Assembly: GCA_965221065.1 (NCBI GenBank)
Contig: OZ244861.1
Coordinates: 2,062,984 to 2,126,983 of the forward strand
Length of the DNA: 64,000 nt
Source: Dehalococcoidia bacterium
Lineage (GTDB): Bacteria; Chloroflexota; Dehalococcoidia; Bin125
Direction of reading: 5' to 3'
Positions 53,554 through 62,866 of this stretch are shown one piece after another (position 1 is the stretch's first letter; the number at the start of each line of letters is the position of its first letter). The notes beneath the pieces were generated by a model that had not been told where the DNA came from, did no database searches, and saw only the letters and a program-made list of their open reading frames with translations. Both the position numbers and the translations under genes were made by a program.

Positions 53554-54735
53554 ATGGACTATCAATTCACCGAAGCCGACAATGCGTTTCGCAGCGAGGT
53601 GGTCGACTTCATCGACAACAACTGGGTGCCGGCCTCCGGCCCGGAAGTCGAGGGCGATGACTCTCATTTCATAGCCGAGCGCGCCTTCGAGAAGCGGGCC
53701 GCGTCGAAGGGCTGGCTGACCATGGCCTGGCCTGAGGAATACGGCGGCCGTGGAGCCAGCCACATCCAGCAGATGATCTATCGCGAGGAAGCCGCCTATC
53801 GCGGCGCGCCCGGTTCGGGCGGTCAGGGCATTTCGATGGTCGGCCCCTGTCTGATGTTGCACGGCACCGAGGAGCAGCGTCAGGAGCACCTGCCGCGGAT
53901 CGCAAACGCCGAGTCCTACTGGGCCCAGGGCTTCTCCGAGCCCGGCAACGGCTCCGACCTCGCCGGCCTGCAGACCCGCGCCGTCCGCGACGGCGACGAC
54001 TTCGTGATCAACGGGCAGAAGATCTGGACATCGGGCGCGCACTACGCCGACTGGATCCACGTGCTCACCCGCACCGACCCCGAAGCACCCAAGCACCGGG
54101 GCATCTCCTACTTCCTGCTCGACATGAACACGCCGGGCATCGAGGTGCGGCCATTAATCAACATGCTTGGCGAACACGGCTTCAACGAGGTCTACTTCAC
54201 GGACGTGCGCGTCCCCGCGGCGAACATGATGGGCGAGTACAACCGCGGCTGGTACGTCGCCGCCACGTTGCTCGACTTCGAGCGCTCCGGCGTCGCATGG
54301 TCGGCGACCTCCCGCAAGAGCGTCGAGCTGATGTCCGAGTACGCGGCCGAGAAGCCGGGCCGGCGCGGCGGCGCCAAGCTGATCGACGATCCGGGCGTCC
54401 GCAACGGACTCGCCAACCTGATGATCGAGTCGGAGATTGCCAAACTGATCTCTTACCGGGTTGTCTGGATGCAGTCGCAAGAACTCGTCCCGAATCACGA
54501 GGCGTCAATGTCGAAGATGTTCGGCTCCGAGCTGGGCCAGCGCGTCTCTCGCTTCGGCGTCAACATGATGGGCCTGCACAGTCAGCGGATCGACCCCGAC
54601 GATCCCGACGCCCCGCTCGCCGCCCGAATCGGCCGCTCCTACATGTCGTCCGTCCCCAGCACGATCGCGGCCGGCACGTCCGAGATTCAGCGCAACATCA
54701 TCGCCACCCGAGGCCTGCAGCTTCCGAGGCAGTAG
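53554..54735 (+). CDS. acyl-CoA dehydrogenase family protein
   Basis: From ATG 53554: MDYQFTEADNAF...; ...WAQGFSEPGNGSDLAGLQTRA... and ...QKIWTSGA... ACAD blocks. Confidence 0.8.
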   Translation: MDYQFTEADNAFRSEVVDFIDNNWVPASGPEVEGDDSHFIAERAFEKRAASKGWLTMAWPEEYGGRGASHIQQMIYREEAAYRGAPGSGGQGISMVGPCLMLHGTEEQRQEHLPRIANAESYWAQGFSEPGNGSDLAGLQTRAVRDGDDFVINGQKIWTSGAHYADWIHVLTRTDPEAPKHRGISYFLLDMNTPGIEVRPLINMLGEHGFNEVYFTDVRVPAANMMGEYNRGWYVAATLLDFERSGVAWSATSRKSVELMSEYAAEKPGRRGGAKLIDDPGVRNGLANLMIESEIAKLISYRVVWMQSQELVPNHEASMSKMFGSELGQRVSRFGVNMMGLHSQRIDPDDPDAPLAARIGRSYMSSVPSTIAAGTSEIQRNIIATRGLQLPRQ

Positions 54736-54760
54736 TCTCGCGACGACCGGACAACATCAA

Positions 54761-54786
54761 GAAGCGGCCTCACCCGAGGCCGCTTC
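54761..54786. terminator. bidirectional terminator hairpin between convergent acyl-CoA dehydrogenase (+) and DinB-like gene (-)
   Basis: Perfect 11-bp stem GAAGCGGCCTC-accc-GAGGCCGCTTC followed by T-containing tail on both strands. Confidence 0.55.
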
Positions 54787-54812
54787 TGTGATCTCCGGCG
54801 TTCCGTGTGGAT

Positions 54813-55322
54813 CTACTCCGAGCGGGCTCCCCTGAGCAAATCGTTGACGTGCTCACGAACATGGCCGACCGCCACGCCCTCAAGAACGTCCAGCAGTGTG
54901 CCCTCAACCCCACCTGCTGACCGGGTCGGCTGCTTGAGCAGTTCCTCATCCGCTGCTCGGATGGCGTCGATCGTCTCCGCCCGATTGCGCCGGAACTCGG
55001 TCAACAGTTGCTCGACCGGCTGATCGTCTCGGCGCGCGACCTGCTTCGCGTTGTAGGCGTCCATGTCGAAACCGGCCCCGCCGCCCTGCGGGACGTCTTC
55101 CCCTCCGGCTCGCTGCTCGGCTCGTTCGATCAGGCGCGGATATGTCCACTCGATCGCGGCAATGTGGGCCAGCAACTGACGCGCATTCCAGCCCTGCTCG
55201 TAGACGCCGCGCTCGAACGCCTCATCGGGCAGTTGCGCGACCGCTTCCTGGAACTCCTCGCTGTCTTGTTGGAGTTCGGCAATTAGTTCTTCGCGGTTGG
55301 AAATCGTCATGCCTCGGGCCAT
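54813..55322 (-). CDS. DinB/YfiT-like (four-helix-bundle, MDMPI N-terminal-like) protein
   Basis: ~165 aa with conserved His context (...QLLAHIAAIEW..., ...GHVREH...); last gene of the hpnG-led operon. Confidence 0.45.
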   Translation of the reverse strand: MARGMTISNREELIAELQQDSEEFQEAVAQLPDEAFERGVYEQGWNARQLLAHIAAIEWTYPRLIERAEQRAGGEDVPQGGGAGFDMDAYNAKQVARRDDQPVEQLLTEFRRNRAETIDAIRAADEELLKQPTRSAGGVEGTLLDVLEGVAVGHVREHVNDLLRGARSE

Positions 55323-56179
55323 TCCGCTTGCGTGAGTTCGATAGAGGCCTGCCAGAGCGCGTCTGCGGCCGAAGCGTCCGCGCCGTGTTGGTTCAGCTGC
55401 TGAATCTTGTGCCGGTGGAAGTAGGCGCCGGCATCATTTCGCTTGTCTGCGTCGCTCACCACATCGACAACCGGCGCCGCGCCCTTCTCGGCGCTGAGCA
55501 GAAACGGTTGGACCATGCGCCAGCCCACTCGCATCGGCCCGCGCAAGTCTCCATCGGCCCCAAGTTGAGTGCGGACCCCACCGGGGTGTACGGCGAACGA
55601 TGCGAGTCCCCCCGCGTGATATCGCCGATGCAGCCCGCGCGTGAAGAGGACATTGGCCAGCTTGGAGATCGAGTACGGCTTGGAACCACCCCCGTTGCGT
55701 TCGAGCTGGAGATCGTCGAGCGGCATCGCGCCGGCACGCTTGTAGAGCGCGGAGGAGACGTTGACGATTCGCGCGTCTTCCGATTCCATCAGCCGCGAGA
55801 ACAACAAGGACGTGAGCAGGAAGTGGCCGAAATGGTTGACCTGCATCGTCGTCTCAAGCCCGTCCTCCGTCAGGCTGCGGCTATTCAGGTTGACGCCGGC
55901 ATTGTTGACGAGGACGTCGAGATGCTCGGTCCGCTCGAGCAGTTCAGCCGCCGCCCGTCGCACCGACGTGAATGAGGCGAGGTCGAGGTCGAGCAGTTCA
56001 ACGGCGATCGAGCCACTGTCGTTCTGGATCTGGGAGACGGCGGCCTGTCCTCGCTCGACCGAACGGGCCGCCGCGAACACGTGCCAGCCGCGCCGCGCCA
56101 GCTCGGTGGCGGCGGCTTGGCCGATGCCGCTGTTGGCTCCGGTGATCAATGCGACAGCCGGTTTGGCTTGGTTGTTCAT
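55307..56179 (-). CDS. short-chain dehydrogenase/reductase (SDR), paralog 1
   Basis: ITGANSGIGQAAA Rossmann motif, NNAG, YxxxK context; ~290 aa. Confidence 0.8.
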   Translation of the reverse strand: MNNQAKPAVALITGANSGIGQAAATELARRGWHVFAAARSVERGQAAVSQIQNDSGSIAVELLDLDLASFTSVRRAAAELLERTEHLDVLVNNAGVNLNSRSLTEDGLETTMQVNHFGHFLLTSLLFSRLMESEDARIVNVSSALYKRAGAMPLDDLQLERNGGGSKPYSISKLANVLFTRGLHRRYHAGGLASFAVHPGGVRTQLGADGDLRGPMRVGWRMVQPFLLSAEKGAAPVVDVVSDADKRNDAGAYFHRHKIQQLNQHGADASAADALWQASIELTQAEWPEA

Positions 56180-56263
56180 CCGTCAAGTGTAAGAAACCCC
56201 TTGAGAGCGCCCGCTGCCAGGCGCCGCACTCGGGCCGTTGCGGCTCACGCTCATGGCCGGGAG

Positions 56264-57130
56264 TTAGGACAGGCTCCACTCCGCTCCGGTGATTTCGTTG
56301 CTTGCGTCCCAGAGGCGCTCGGCGGCCTGGCGGTCGCTGGCTTGCGGTTGCTGCTGCGTGCGGGTGTGGCGGTCGAAGTACTCGCCGGCGTCTGCGCGTC
56401 TCGCCCGGTCGGTGACGAGCTCGACGACCGGCGCCGCCCCCTGCTCGGGACTTCGAAGCAGTGGTCGCGCGACGCGGAGCGCCGCGCGCATGGGAGCAGG
56501 GAAGTTCCGCATGAAACTGGTCGCCACGACGCCGGGATGGACGGAAAAGGCGGCCAGTCCACGGTCGTGCGTGCGTTGATGCAGCTCGTTGGTGAACAGG
56601 ATGTTGGCCAGCTTGGTCGCGCAGTAGGGCCGGATTCCGCCCCAATAGTGCTCGAAGTTGAGGTCGTCCAGCGGCATCGCCTCAACGCGCTCGTAGACGC
56701 GCGAGCTGACGTTGACGACGCGTGCATCGTCCGACTCGAGCAGCGTCGGCAGCAGCAGCGAGGTGAGCAGGACGTGCGAGAAGTGATTCGTCTGCATCAT
56801 CGTCTCGAGGCCGTCGCGGGTGACCCGTCGCTCGTTGAGGGTCAGACCAGCGTTGTTGACCAGCACGTCGAGCCGCTCAGTACGCCCCAACAGTTCATCG
56901 GCTGCGCGTCGGACGGAGGCAAACGAGCCAAGATCCAGTTCCAGCAGTTCAACGGCGATCGAACCACTGTCCTTCTGGATCTGGGAGACGGCGGCCTGTC
57001 CTCGCTCGACCGAACGGGCGGCGGCGAACACGTGCCAGCCGCGCCGCGCCAGCTCGGTGGCGGCGGCTTGGCCGATGCCGCTGTTGGCTCCGGTGATCAG
57101 TACCACGGGCGGGGTTGATTGAGTACTCAT
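56264..57130 (-). CDS. short-chain dehydrogenase/reductase (SDR), paralog 2 (tandem duplicate)
   Basis: The N-terminal ~60 aa are nearly identical to paralog 1 (ITGANSGIGQAAATELARRGWHVFAAARSVERGQAAVSQIQ). ATG 57130 is preceded by a GGGAGG ribosome-binding site. Confidence 0.8.
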   Translation of the reverse strand: MSTQSTPPVVLITGANSGIGQAAATELARRGWHVFAAARSVERGQAAVSQIQKDSGSIAVELLELDLGSFASVRRAADELLGRTERLDVLVNNAGLTLNERRVTRDGLETMMQTNHFSHVLLTSLLLPTLLESDDARVVNVSSRVYERVEAMPLDDLNFEHYWGGIRPYCATKLANILFTNELHQRTHDRGLAAFSVHPGVVATSFMRNFPAPMRAALRVARPLLRSPEQGAAPVVELVTDRARRADAGEYFDRHTRTQQQPQASDRQAAERLWDASNEITGAEWSLS

Positions 57131-58128
57131 CGATCCTCCCTGTGAAACCACGCCACTGCGTCGCTGAACGTGGCGTCCAGATCGGTCTGTGGCATCTGCA
57201 GGACTTCAATGGCTTTGCGGCAATCGAAGTACTGCCGTTGGCGAGCTAGCCTGACACCGGCAATGGTCGCCCGTGGCTGATGTCCGGTCAAAGCGCTGAT
57301 CAGGAATTCGTCGACGACTGCAGCCGCGAGCGCGACGGTTGACGGGATTGCAACCCGGGGCTGCGGCGAGCCACCGAACACCGCGGCACGTTCGATGATC
57401 TGGCGCAGCGTCAGATTGCCTCGCTGGTGGCCGAGGATGTAGCGCTCGCCCACGTGCCCCATCATGGCCGCCTTGACATGCCCAACCGCAACGTCCGAGA
57501 CGTGCACGATGTTCAGCCCCGCCGTTCGGATGTAGGCCGGCATCGACCCACTCGCCGCATCTCGTATCAGCCGACCAGTGGGGGTGGGTTTCGGATCGAG
57601 CGGTCCGATTGGAGCGGTCGGCAGCACGCAGACGGCGGGCAGGGACTCGGCTTCGACCAGGTCGTGGACGAGTCGCTCGCTCAGAATCTTGGTTTCTTCA
57701 TAGGGTCCCGGAGCGTGTTCGACGGTGGCCCATTGCGACTCATCCGCCGGACGCGCCGGATCGCGCGGTGGGCCGACCGCGGCCACCGACGATGTGTGCA
57801 CGATCCGGTCGACCTGCGCCCGAAGCGCGGCCAACATCAGCGCTCGTGTGCCGTCGACGTTGGCGCGATAGGCGTCGCGACGCGCCCGCCGGCTCAGGTC
57901 GTACCGCGCCGCGACGTTGAATAGAGTGTCGACTCCGCCGACGGCCTCCGCCAGTGAACCCGAGTCGGTCAGGTCGCCGTAGACCATCTCGACGTCGAGG
58001 CCGTTCAGGCTGCGCTGGTCGCTGCCCGGACGAACCATCGCCCGGACCTCCACGCCAGCGTCGAGCGCTGCGCGCACCACGTGAGCCCCGATGAAGCCGT
58101 TGGCTCCGGTGACCAGGGCGCGTTTCAC
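57127..58128 (-). CDS. hpnA: NAD-dependent epimerase/dehydratase, hopanoid-associated sugar epimerase HpnA-like
   Basis: VTGANGFIGAHVVRAL..GVEVRAMVRPGSD...L.GL.VE.V.GDL.D resembles HpnA (TIGR03466-type) N-terminus; GTG start; lies adjacent to hpnG and near hpnH. Confidence 0.6.
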   Translation of the reverse strand: MKRALVTGANGFIGAHVVRAALDAGVEVRAMVRPGSDQRSLNGLDVEMVYGDLTDSGSLAEAVGGVDTLFNVAARYDLSRRARRDAYRANVDGTRALMLAALRAQVDRIVHTSSVAAVGPPRDPARPADESQWATVEHAPGPYEETKILSERLVHDLVEAESLPAVCVLPTAPIGPLDPKPTPTGRLIRDAASGSMPAYIRTAGLNIVHVSDVAVGHVKAAMMGHVGERYILGHQRGNLTLRQIIERAAVFGGSPQPRVAIPSTVALAAAVVDEFLISALTGHQPRATIAGVRLARQRQYFDCRKAIEVLQMPQTDLDATFSDAVAWFHREDR

Positions 58129-58148
58129 TGCGACTCAGCGGTCGTTGT

Positions 58149-58856
58149 CTAGTTGACCTGAACAGGCGCGAGGGCGGGAATCAACACAGTCAGCGCTCGC
58201 TCCAGCTCTTGCAACGCCGCGCGTCGTTGCAGACCTAACCCTGCCAGCTCGCGCAGCAGTTTCGGCCGCCGAATCGCGCCGAGCGCAATATCCATCGCGG
58301 TGGGCACGTCCCGCCGCCACTGACCGAACTCCACCGGAATGTCGTCGTCCAGCGCGTCGAGTACGACCCGGAGGGCGATAAAGGGCACGCTGGCCGAGGC
58401 GCACAACTCCGCCCACTCGCTGTCTTCCATCTGCACAATCTGTGCGCCCGACTCTGCCGCCGCCAGCTTCTCGGGGCGCGTGAACAGGACGCGAGGGGTG
58501 GTGATGCTGATTGCCGGGCGCCAGTAGAAATCGGCCTCGTTGAGTGTCCGCGATGCGCGCCGATAGAGCGGGCCGTCCAGTTCCCACCTGGCTTCGTCCG
58601 CCTGTCGCACAATCTGCTGCGGCAGCGTTAAGGCCGGACGCCGCATGTCGTTGGTCAGCCCTCCGGCTACCCCCACGCTCAGGATCGCGGTGATCTCGTC
58701 CGGATCGGTCGTTTCCAGCACCTGTTGGGCGGTATCTCGCGCCCGCTCCGGCCCGATGCCGCTCGTGATCAGGCGTGTACGCCCGCGGCCGGCGATGGCT
58801 GCACCGCCACGAGCGGTTTGCGCCTCCCAGGGCAGTGCCGTAGCGACGATCAGCAT
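58149..58856 (-). CDS. hpnG: PNP/MTAN-family nucleosidase, hopanoid-associated phosphorylase HpnG-like
   Basis: PNP_UDP_1 blocks (...LITSGIGPERA..., ...SVGVAGGL..., ...IVQMEDSEWAEL...); first gene of the operon containing hpnA. Confidence 0.55.
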   Translation of the reverse strand: MLIVATALPWEAQTARGGAAIAGRGRTRLITSGIGPERARDTAQQVLETTDPDEITAILSVGVAGGLTNDMRRPALTLPQQIVRQADEARWELDGPLYRRASRTLNEADFYWRPAISITTPRVLFTRPEKLAAAESGAQIVQMEDSEWAELCASASVPFIALRVVLDALDDDIPVEFGQWRRDVPTAMDIALGAIRRPKLLRELAGLGLQRRAALQELERALTVLIPALAPVQVN

Positions 58857-58947
58857 GAACAGAGTGTTGCATACATTCGCCGTTTGGTCGCAGTCGTAGA
58901 CTGTCTGAATCAGCCAGTGCCCCGGTGAACCCCTGAGAGTGCAGACG

Positions 58948-59733
58948 ATGTACGAAACGCTCCTCTACGACCTGGAAGACGGCATTTGCACCATCACGCT
59001 GAATCGGCCCGAGTCGCTCAACGCACTCAATGGGACGATGCTGACCGAGCTGCCCCTGGCCTGTGAGCAGGCCGCCGCTGACAACGACGTCCGTGTCGTG
59101 ATCCTGACCGGCGCCGGGCGCTTGTTTTGCGCAGGGGGCGACCTCAAGGACACCGGGCGCGGCGATGTCCGCAACCTTGAGCAGAGCATCTACAACCTGA
59201 CTCATTCGGAGCGCACATCGATCCTGCTGCACCAGATGCCCAAGCCGACCATCGCCGCGATCAACGGCGGCGCAGCCGGCGCGGGCTGCTCGATCACCCT
59301 CGCCTGCGATCTGCGCTACATGTCGACCACGGCGTATCTCTACACCGCCTTCCTCAAGGTCGGATTCTCAGGCGACTTCGGCGGCACCTGGACGCTGCCG
59401 CGACTGGTGGGCATGGGCAAGGCGCGCGAGATGTACCTGCTGCCCGACCGTGTGCACCCGGAAGAGGCGCTGTCGCTCGGTCTGGCCAACGGCGTCTACG
59501 ACCCGGAAGAGCTGATGCCCAACGTCCTGCAGGTCGCGGCGCAGTTGCGCGACTCGCATCCCGGCGCGATCGCGCAGATCAAGAACAACCTCAACGACGC
59601 CTTCACGATTCCTCTCTCCGAAGCTGTTCGGCGCGAGGCGGACCGGATGCGCCGCGTGGGCGAGAGTGAGGATTCGATCGAGGCACGACGGGCGTTCGTT
59701 GAGAAACGGCGTCCCGTGTTCAAGGGCAGGTGA
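58948..59733 (+). CDS. enoyl-CoA hydratase/isomerase (crotonase) family protein
   Basis: ...ITLNRPESLNAL..., ...AAINGGAAGAGCSITLACDLRY... oxyanion-hole motifs; alt GTG start 58939. Confidence 0.8.
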   Translation: MYETLLYDLEDGICTITLNRPESLNALNGTMLTELPLACEQAAADNDVRVVILTGAGRLFCAGGDLKDTGRGDVRNLEQSIYNLTHSERTSILLHQMPKPTIAAINGGAAGAGCSITLACDLRYMSTTAYLYTAFLKVGFSGDFGGTWTLPRLVGMGKAREMYLLPDRVHPEEALSLGLANGVYDPEELMPNVLQVAAQLRDSHPGAIAQIKNNLNDAFTIPLSEAVRREADRMRRVGESEDSIEARRAFVEKRRPVFKGR

Positions 59734-59776
59734 GTTGAACGGCCCGCAAGGGCCGACAGTCGGAGAGAGGTGCGCG

Positions 59777-60544
59777 ATGTTGCGAATGCGGCAGATCTGC
59801 CTGGTGGCTGAGGATCTGGACATGATCGAGGCGCACCTGCGAGGCGTCTTCGGGCTGGAGGTCTGTCACCGCGACCCCGGCGTGGGCCGGTTCGGCCTGC
59901 ACAACTTCCTCATGCCGATCGGCAACTCGTTCCTCGAAGTCGTCTCACCGATGATGCCCGGCACCGCCGGCGGGCGCTACCTGCGACGGCGCGGAGGCGA
60001 CGGCGGCTACATGGTCATCATGCAGTGCAGCGACATTGCCGCGAGACGCGAGCACGTTGCCAACCTCAGCATCCGCTTGATCACGGACTCTGGCAACGAT
60101 CAGACCGACGGGATCCAGCTCCACCCCAAGGATGTCCCCGGAGCGATCGCGGAGTTGCGCTGGAACACCGGCGACGACCAGCTCGACGGTCCCTGGAATC
60201 CCGCCGGCGACCACTGGCTGCCGGCCAAGCGTGAGCACGTGATCACCGCGATGACAGCGGCGGAGCTACAGAGCGACGACCCATCGGCAATGGCGGCTCG
60301 CTGGTCGGAAGTGCTGGAAGTCCCGACCGGCTCAGATGATGACGGTCACCCGACCGTCGCGCTGGATGACGCGACGCTTCGGTTCGTGGAGGCGTCGGAC
60401 GGCCGGGGAGAAGGTCTGGGCGGCCTCGAAGTGGCGACGATCGATCGAGGGCACGTCGTTTCGACGGCGCGCCATCATGACCTTGAGGTGTCGGAGGACG
60501 AGTCGGTCGTGATGCTCTGCGGCGTCCGCTTCAAGCTCGTCTAG
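59777..60544 (+). CDS. VOC-family (glyoxalase/bleomycin-resistance/dioxygenase fold) protein
   Basis: ATG 59777 with GGAGAGAGG ribosome-binding site; paired beta-alpha-beta-beta-beta modules (...ICLVAEDLD...HLRGVFGLEV...). Confidence 0.5.
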   Translation: MLRMRQICLVAEDLDMIEAHLRGVFGLEVCHRDPGVGRFGLHNFLMPIGNSFLEVVSPMMPGTAGGRYLRRRGGDGGYMVIMQCSDIAARREHVANLSIRLITDSGNDQTDGIQLHPKDVPGAIAELRWNTGDDQLDGPWNPAGDHWLPAKREHVITAMTAAELQSDDPSAMAARWSEVLEVPTGSDDDGHPTVALDDATLRFVEASDGRGEGLGGLEVATIDRGHVVSTARHHDLEVSEDESVVMLCGVRFKLV

Positions 60545-61548
60545 CGGATCGAACCAACGAAGCTACGCAGGCCGGCCTTGAGGTTGGTCGTGGCGTCGAT
60601 CACCGCCGACGCCTCGTAGCCGGAGTGAACCATGCAGTCGACGCACTTCGGGTTGCCCGAGGCGACGCCGTAGTTCTCCCATTCCGTCTCTTCGATCAGT
60701 TCCCTGAAGCTGTCAGCGTAGCCCTCATCCATCAAGTAACAGGGCTTCTGCCAGCCGAACACGGTGTACGTCGGGTTACCCCAGGGTGTGCAGTCGTACT
60801 CAATCTCCCCTTTGAGGAAGTCAAGGAACAGCTCGGAGTGGTTGAACTTCCAGTGCCTGGGCGGATCGTCGAGGATGTCGCGGAACAGTTCCTTGGTCTG
60901 GTTGCGAGCCAGGAAATGCTCCTGGTCCGGAGCCTTCTCGTAGGGGTAACCCGGCGAGATCATCAGCCCGTCGACGCCAATCTCCATCAGCTTGTCGAAC
61001 ATCATCCGGATCCGGTCGGGCTTGGCGCCCAGGAAGAAGGTGCTGTTCGTCGTCACCCGGAAGCCGCGCTCCTTGGCCGCCTCGATCGCGCGGATCGCGA
61101 CATCCCAGATGCCGTCCCGACAAACTGAGTCGTCGTGGTCCTGCTCGTACCCGTCGACATGGACAGAGAACGTCAGGTAGGGATCGGGCTCGAAGTCCTG
61201 CAGCTTCCGCTCGAGCAGGATCGCATTGGTGCACAGATAAACGAACTTCTTGCGCTCGGTGAATCCCTTGGCGATCTCGACGATGTCCTTGTGGATCAAC
61301 GGCTCGCCGCCGGCGATCGCAACGACCGGAGCGCCGCACTCTTCGACGGCGTCCCAGCACTGCTGCGGCGAAAGACGCCGGCGCAGGATGTCCGTCGGAT
61401 GTTGGATCTTGCCGCAACCGGCGCATTCGAGATTGCACTGCAGCAGCGGCTCGAGCATCAGCACGAGCGGGTAGCGCTCCGTCCGGCGAAGCTGCTGTCC
61501 AACGACGTACTTGCCAACCTGGATGGTCTGTCGTAACGGTGTGGCCAT
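60541..61548 (-). CDS. hpnH: adenosyl-hopene transferase, hopanoid-biosynthesis radical SAM protein HpnH
   Basis: Near-colinear with known HpnH: RYPLVLMLEPLLQCNLECAGCGKIQHP (CxxxCxxC), ...FVYLCTNA..., ...MISPGYPYEKAPDQEHFL..., ...KPCYLM..., ...KCVDCMVHSGYE... Confidence 0.75.
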   Translation of the reverse strand: MATPLRQTIQVGKYVVGQQLRRTERYPLVLMLEPLLQCNLECAGCGKIQHPTDILRRRLSPQQCWDAVEECGAPVVAIAGGEPLIHKDIVEIAKGFTERKKFVYLCTNAILLERKLQDFEPDPYLTFSVHVDGYEQDHDDSVCRDGIWDVAIRAIEAAKERGFRVTTNSTFFLGAKPDRIRMMFDKLMEIGVDGLMISPGYPYEKAPDQEHFLARNQTKELFRDILDDPPRHWKFNHSELFLDFLKGEIEYDCTPWGNPTYTVFGWQKPCYLMDEGYADSFRELIEETEWENYGVASGNPKCVDCMVHSGYEASAVIDATTNLKAGLRSFVGSIR

Positions 61549-61656
61549 CAGTTGTCCACTCTATCTGGCGAGAGATTCGCTGTTCCTGCGAAGGCGCCTA
61601 TCCCGACCTGGCGGCGCTTCGTATGCGTCGCGCAGGATTCTTGCACCTGCTGCAGT

Positions 61657-62259
61657 TTACAAGAGCTCGATCGCGCGACGATACGCCTCGGGCGTGTTGA
61701 GGTTGAGCGTCACCAGCGGATCGTTCATCTCCAAGAAGATAGTGCGATCCGCGTGCCGGCGTCTGATTTGTCGAAGACCTTCCTCGCGTTCCGTTACATG
61801 TTGCAGTTCGGGAAGGAGTTGGGCGCGAAACACTGGTGGATGTCCGTTTCGTCCCGCGCGCCTCGGCACGGCGATCAACGCATCCGTGGACAACACCAGC
61901 TCCTTGGCCAGCCGGGTGACCACCTCCGCTCTGGTCGGCTGATCCACCGACACGACCGCGACGGCGTCGACGGCGGGCGGAACGGCGCGTGCTCCGGCCC
62001 TGATCGACGAGGCGCGTCCGCGGCGCCACTGCTGGTTGGTCGTAATCTGCACCTCGGCGCGACCCGCTATGGCCTGGCGAACGCGGGTGGCGTGTGCGCC
62101 CAGCACGACGATCACCGGGCGGCACTGCGCCTCGAGCAACGTCTCGACCTGCGCGGCCACCAGCGTTTGGCCCTGCCAGTCAAGCAGCTGCTTGGGTTCG
62201 CCCATGCGCGTGGATTCACCGGCGGCGAGCAGAATGGCGGCTGGCATGCGGTTGGGCAT
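61657..62259 (-). CDS. MobA-like NTP transferase (molybdenum cofactor cytidylyltransferase MocA-like)
   Basis: AAILLAAGESTRMG nucleotide-binding motif; ~200 aa. Confidence 0.65.
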   Translation of the reverse strand: MPNRMPAAILLAAGESTRMGEPKQLLDWQGQTLVAAQVETLLEAQCRPVIVVLGAHATRVRQAIAGRAEVQITTNQQWRRGRASSIRAGARAVPPAVDAVAVVSVDQPTRAEVVTRLAKELVLSTDALIAVPRRAGRNGHPPVFRAQLLPELQHVTEREEGLRQIRRRHADRTIFLEMNDPLVTLNLNTPEAYRRAIELL

Positions 62260-62866
62260 CTTGTAAACGGTCGCGTAGGCGTCGGAACAGTCGTCGTACC
62301 GCGTCCTCGATCTGATTGACAGCGACGCCGTCGGTGAGGTCGCCGACGCCGTAGGGCTGTGCCTCCGAGCGAGCGGTCTGTGCGGCGAGATCGATGATGC
62401 GGTCGTTCAAGGTGCGGCCGCGCACGACAGACTCTATCTGTCGCGCCCGGATGGGGTACGGCGCGATGCCGACCAGCATCACTGCCGCATCGCCGTTGAG
62501 CGAAAGCCGGGCAGCTGCGCTGTAGGCGCGATCCGACTTGGCGGCGGCCATCGCGGAGTGCGCTCCGAGCGGCATCCTGGGGATCCGAAGCTCGACGGCC
62601 GGCGGAGCGCCTTCGCGCCCGTCGACATCGACGCCCCCGTCGCCCAGCAGGCGTTCGTCAACGCGCTCCGTCCCGCCATCCGTGAGGGCGAGTTGCGCAT
62701 CCAGCACGATCAGCGCGGCGGCCAGGGCATTGTGTCGCGGATCCTCGAGGCAGATGCGGATCGTCGACACAGAATCGCCGATCGGAAACCAGTCGTTGAG
62801 TGCGTTCTCGCCCTTGGCCTGCAGATCGAGCACTGTCTGGTGCAGCGGAAACCGACGTTCGTTCAC
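62216..62866 (-). CDS. divergent CoxM/XdhB-like (molybdopterin-dehydrogenase FAD-binding subunit-like) protein, lacking canonical GGN/AGGTDL motifs
   Basis: C-terminal ...LVGIAPYPIRARQIESVVRGRTL...EAQPYGVGDLTDGVA resembles the CO_deh_flav_C domain. The N-terminus is degenerate. GTG 62866 forms a GTGA overlap with the IscU-like stop (alt M 62944). Overlaps the MocA-like 5' end. Confidence 0.35.
   Translation of the reverse strand: MNERRFPLHQTVLDLQAKGENALNDWFPIGDSVSTIRICLEDPRHNALAAALIVLDAQLALTDGGTERVDERLLGDGGVDVDGREGAPPAVELRIPRMPLGAHSAMAAAKSDRAYSAAARLSLNGDAAVMLVGIAPYPIRARQIESVVRGRTLNDRIIDLAAQTARSEAQPYGVGDLTDGVAVNQIEDAVRRLFRRLRDRLQDAQPHASRHSARRR

Noticed and set aside
62863-62866. Apparent 1-nt mismatch between my manual base indexing and the ORF-track coordinates for the IscU-like stop
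   Set aside because: Probably my counting error across several 60-nt lines. The ORF-track coordinates were used for features. Hairpin and repeat coordinates I derived by hand may be off by about 1-2 nt.
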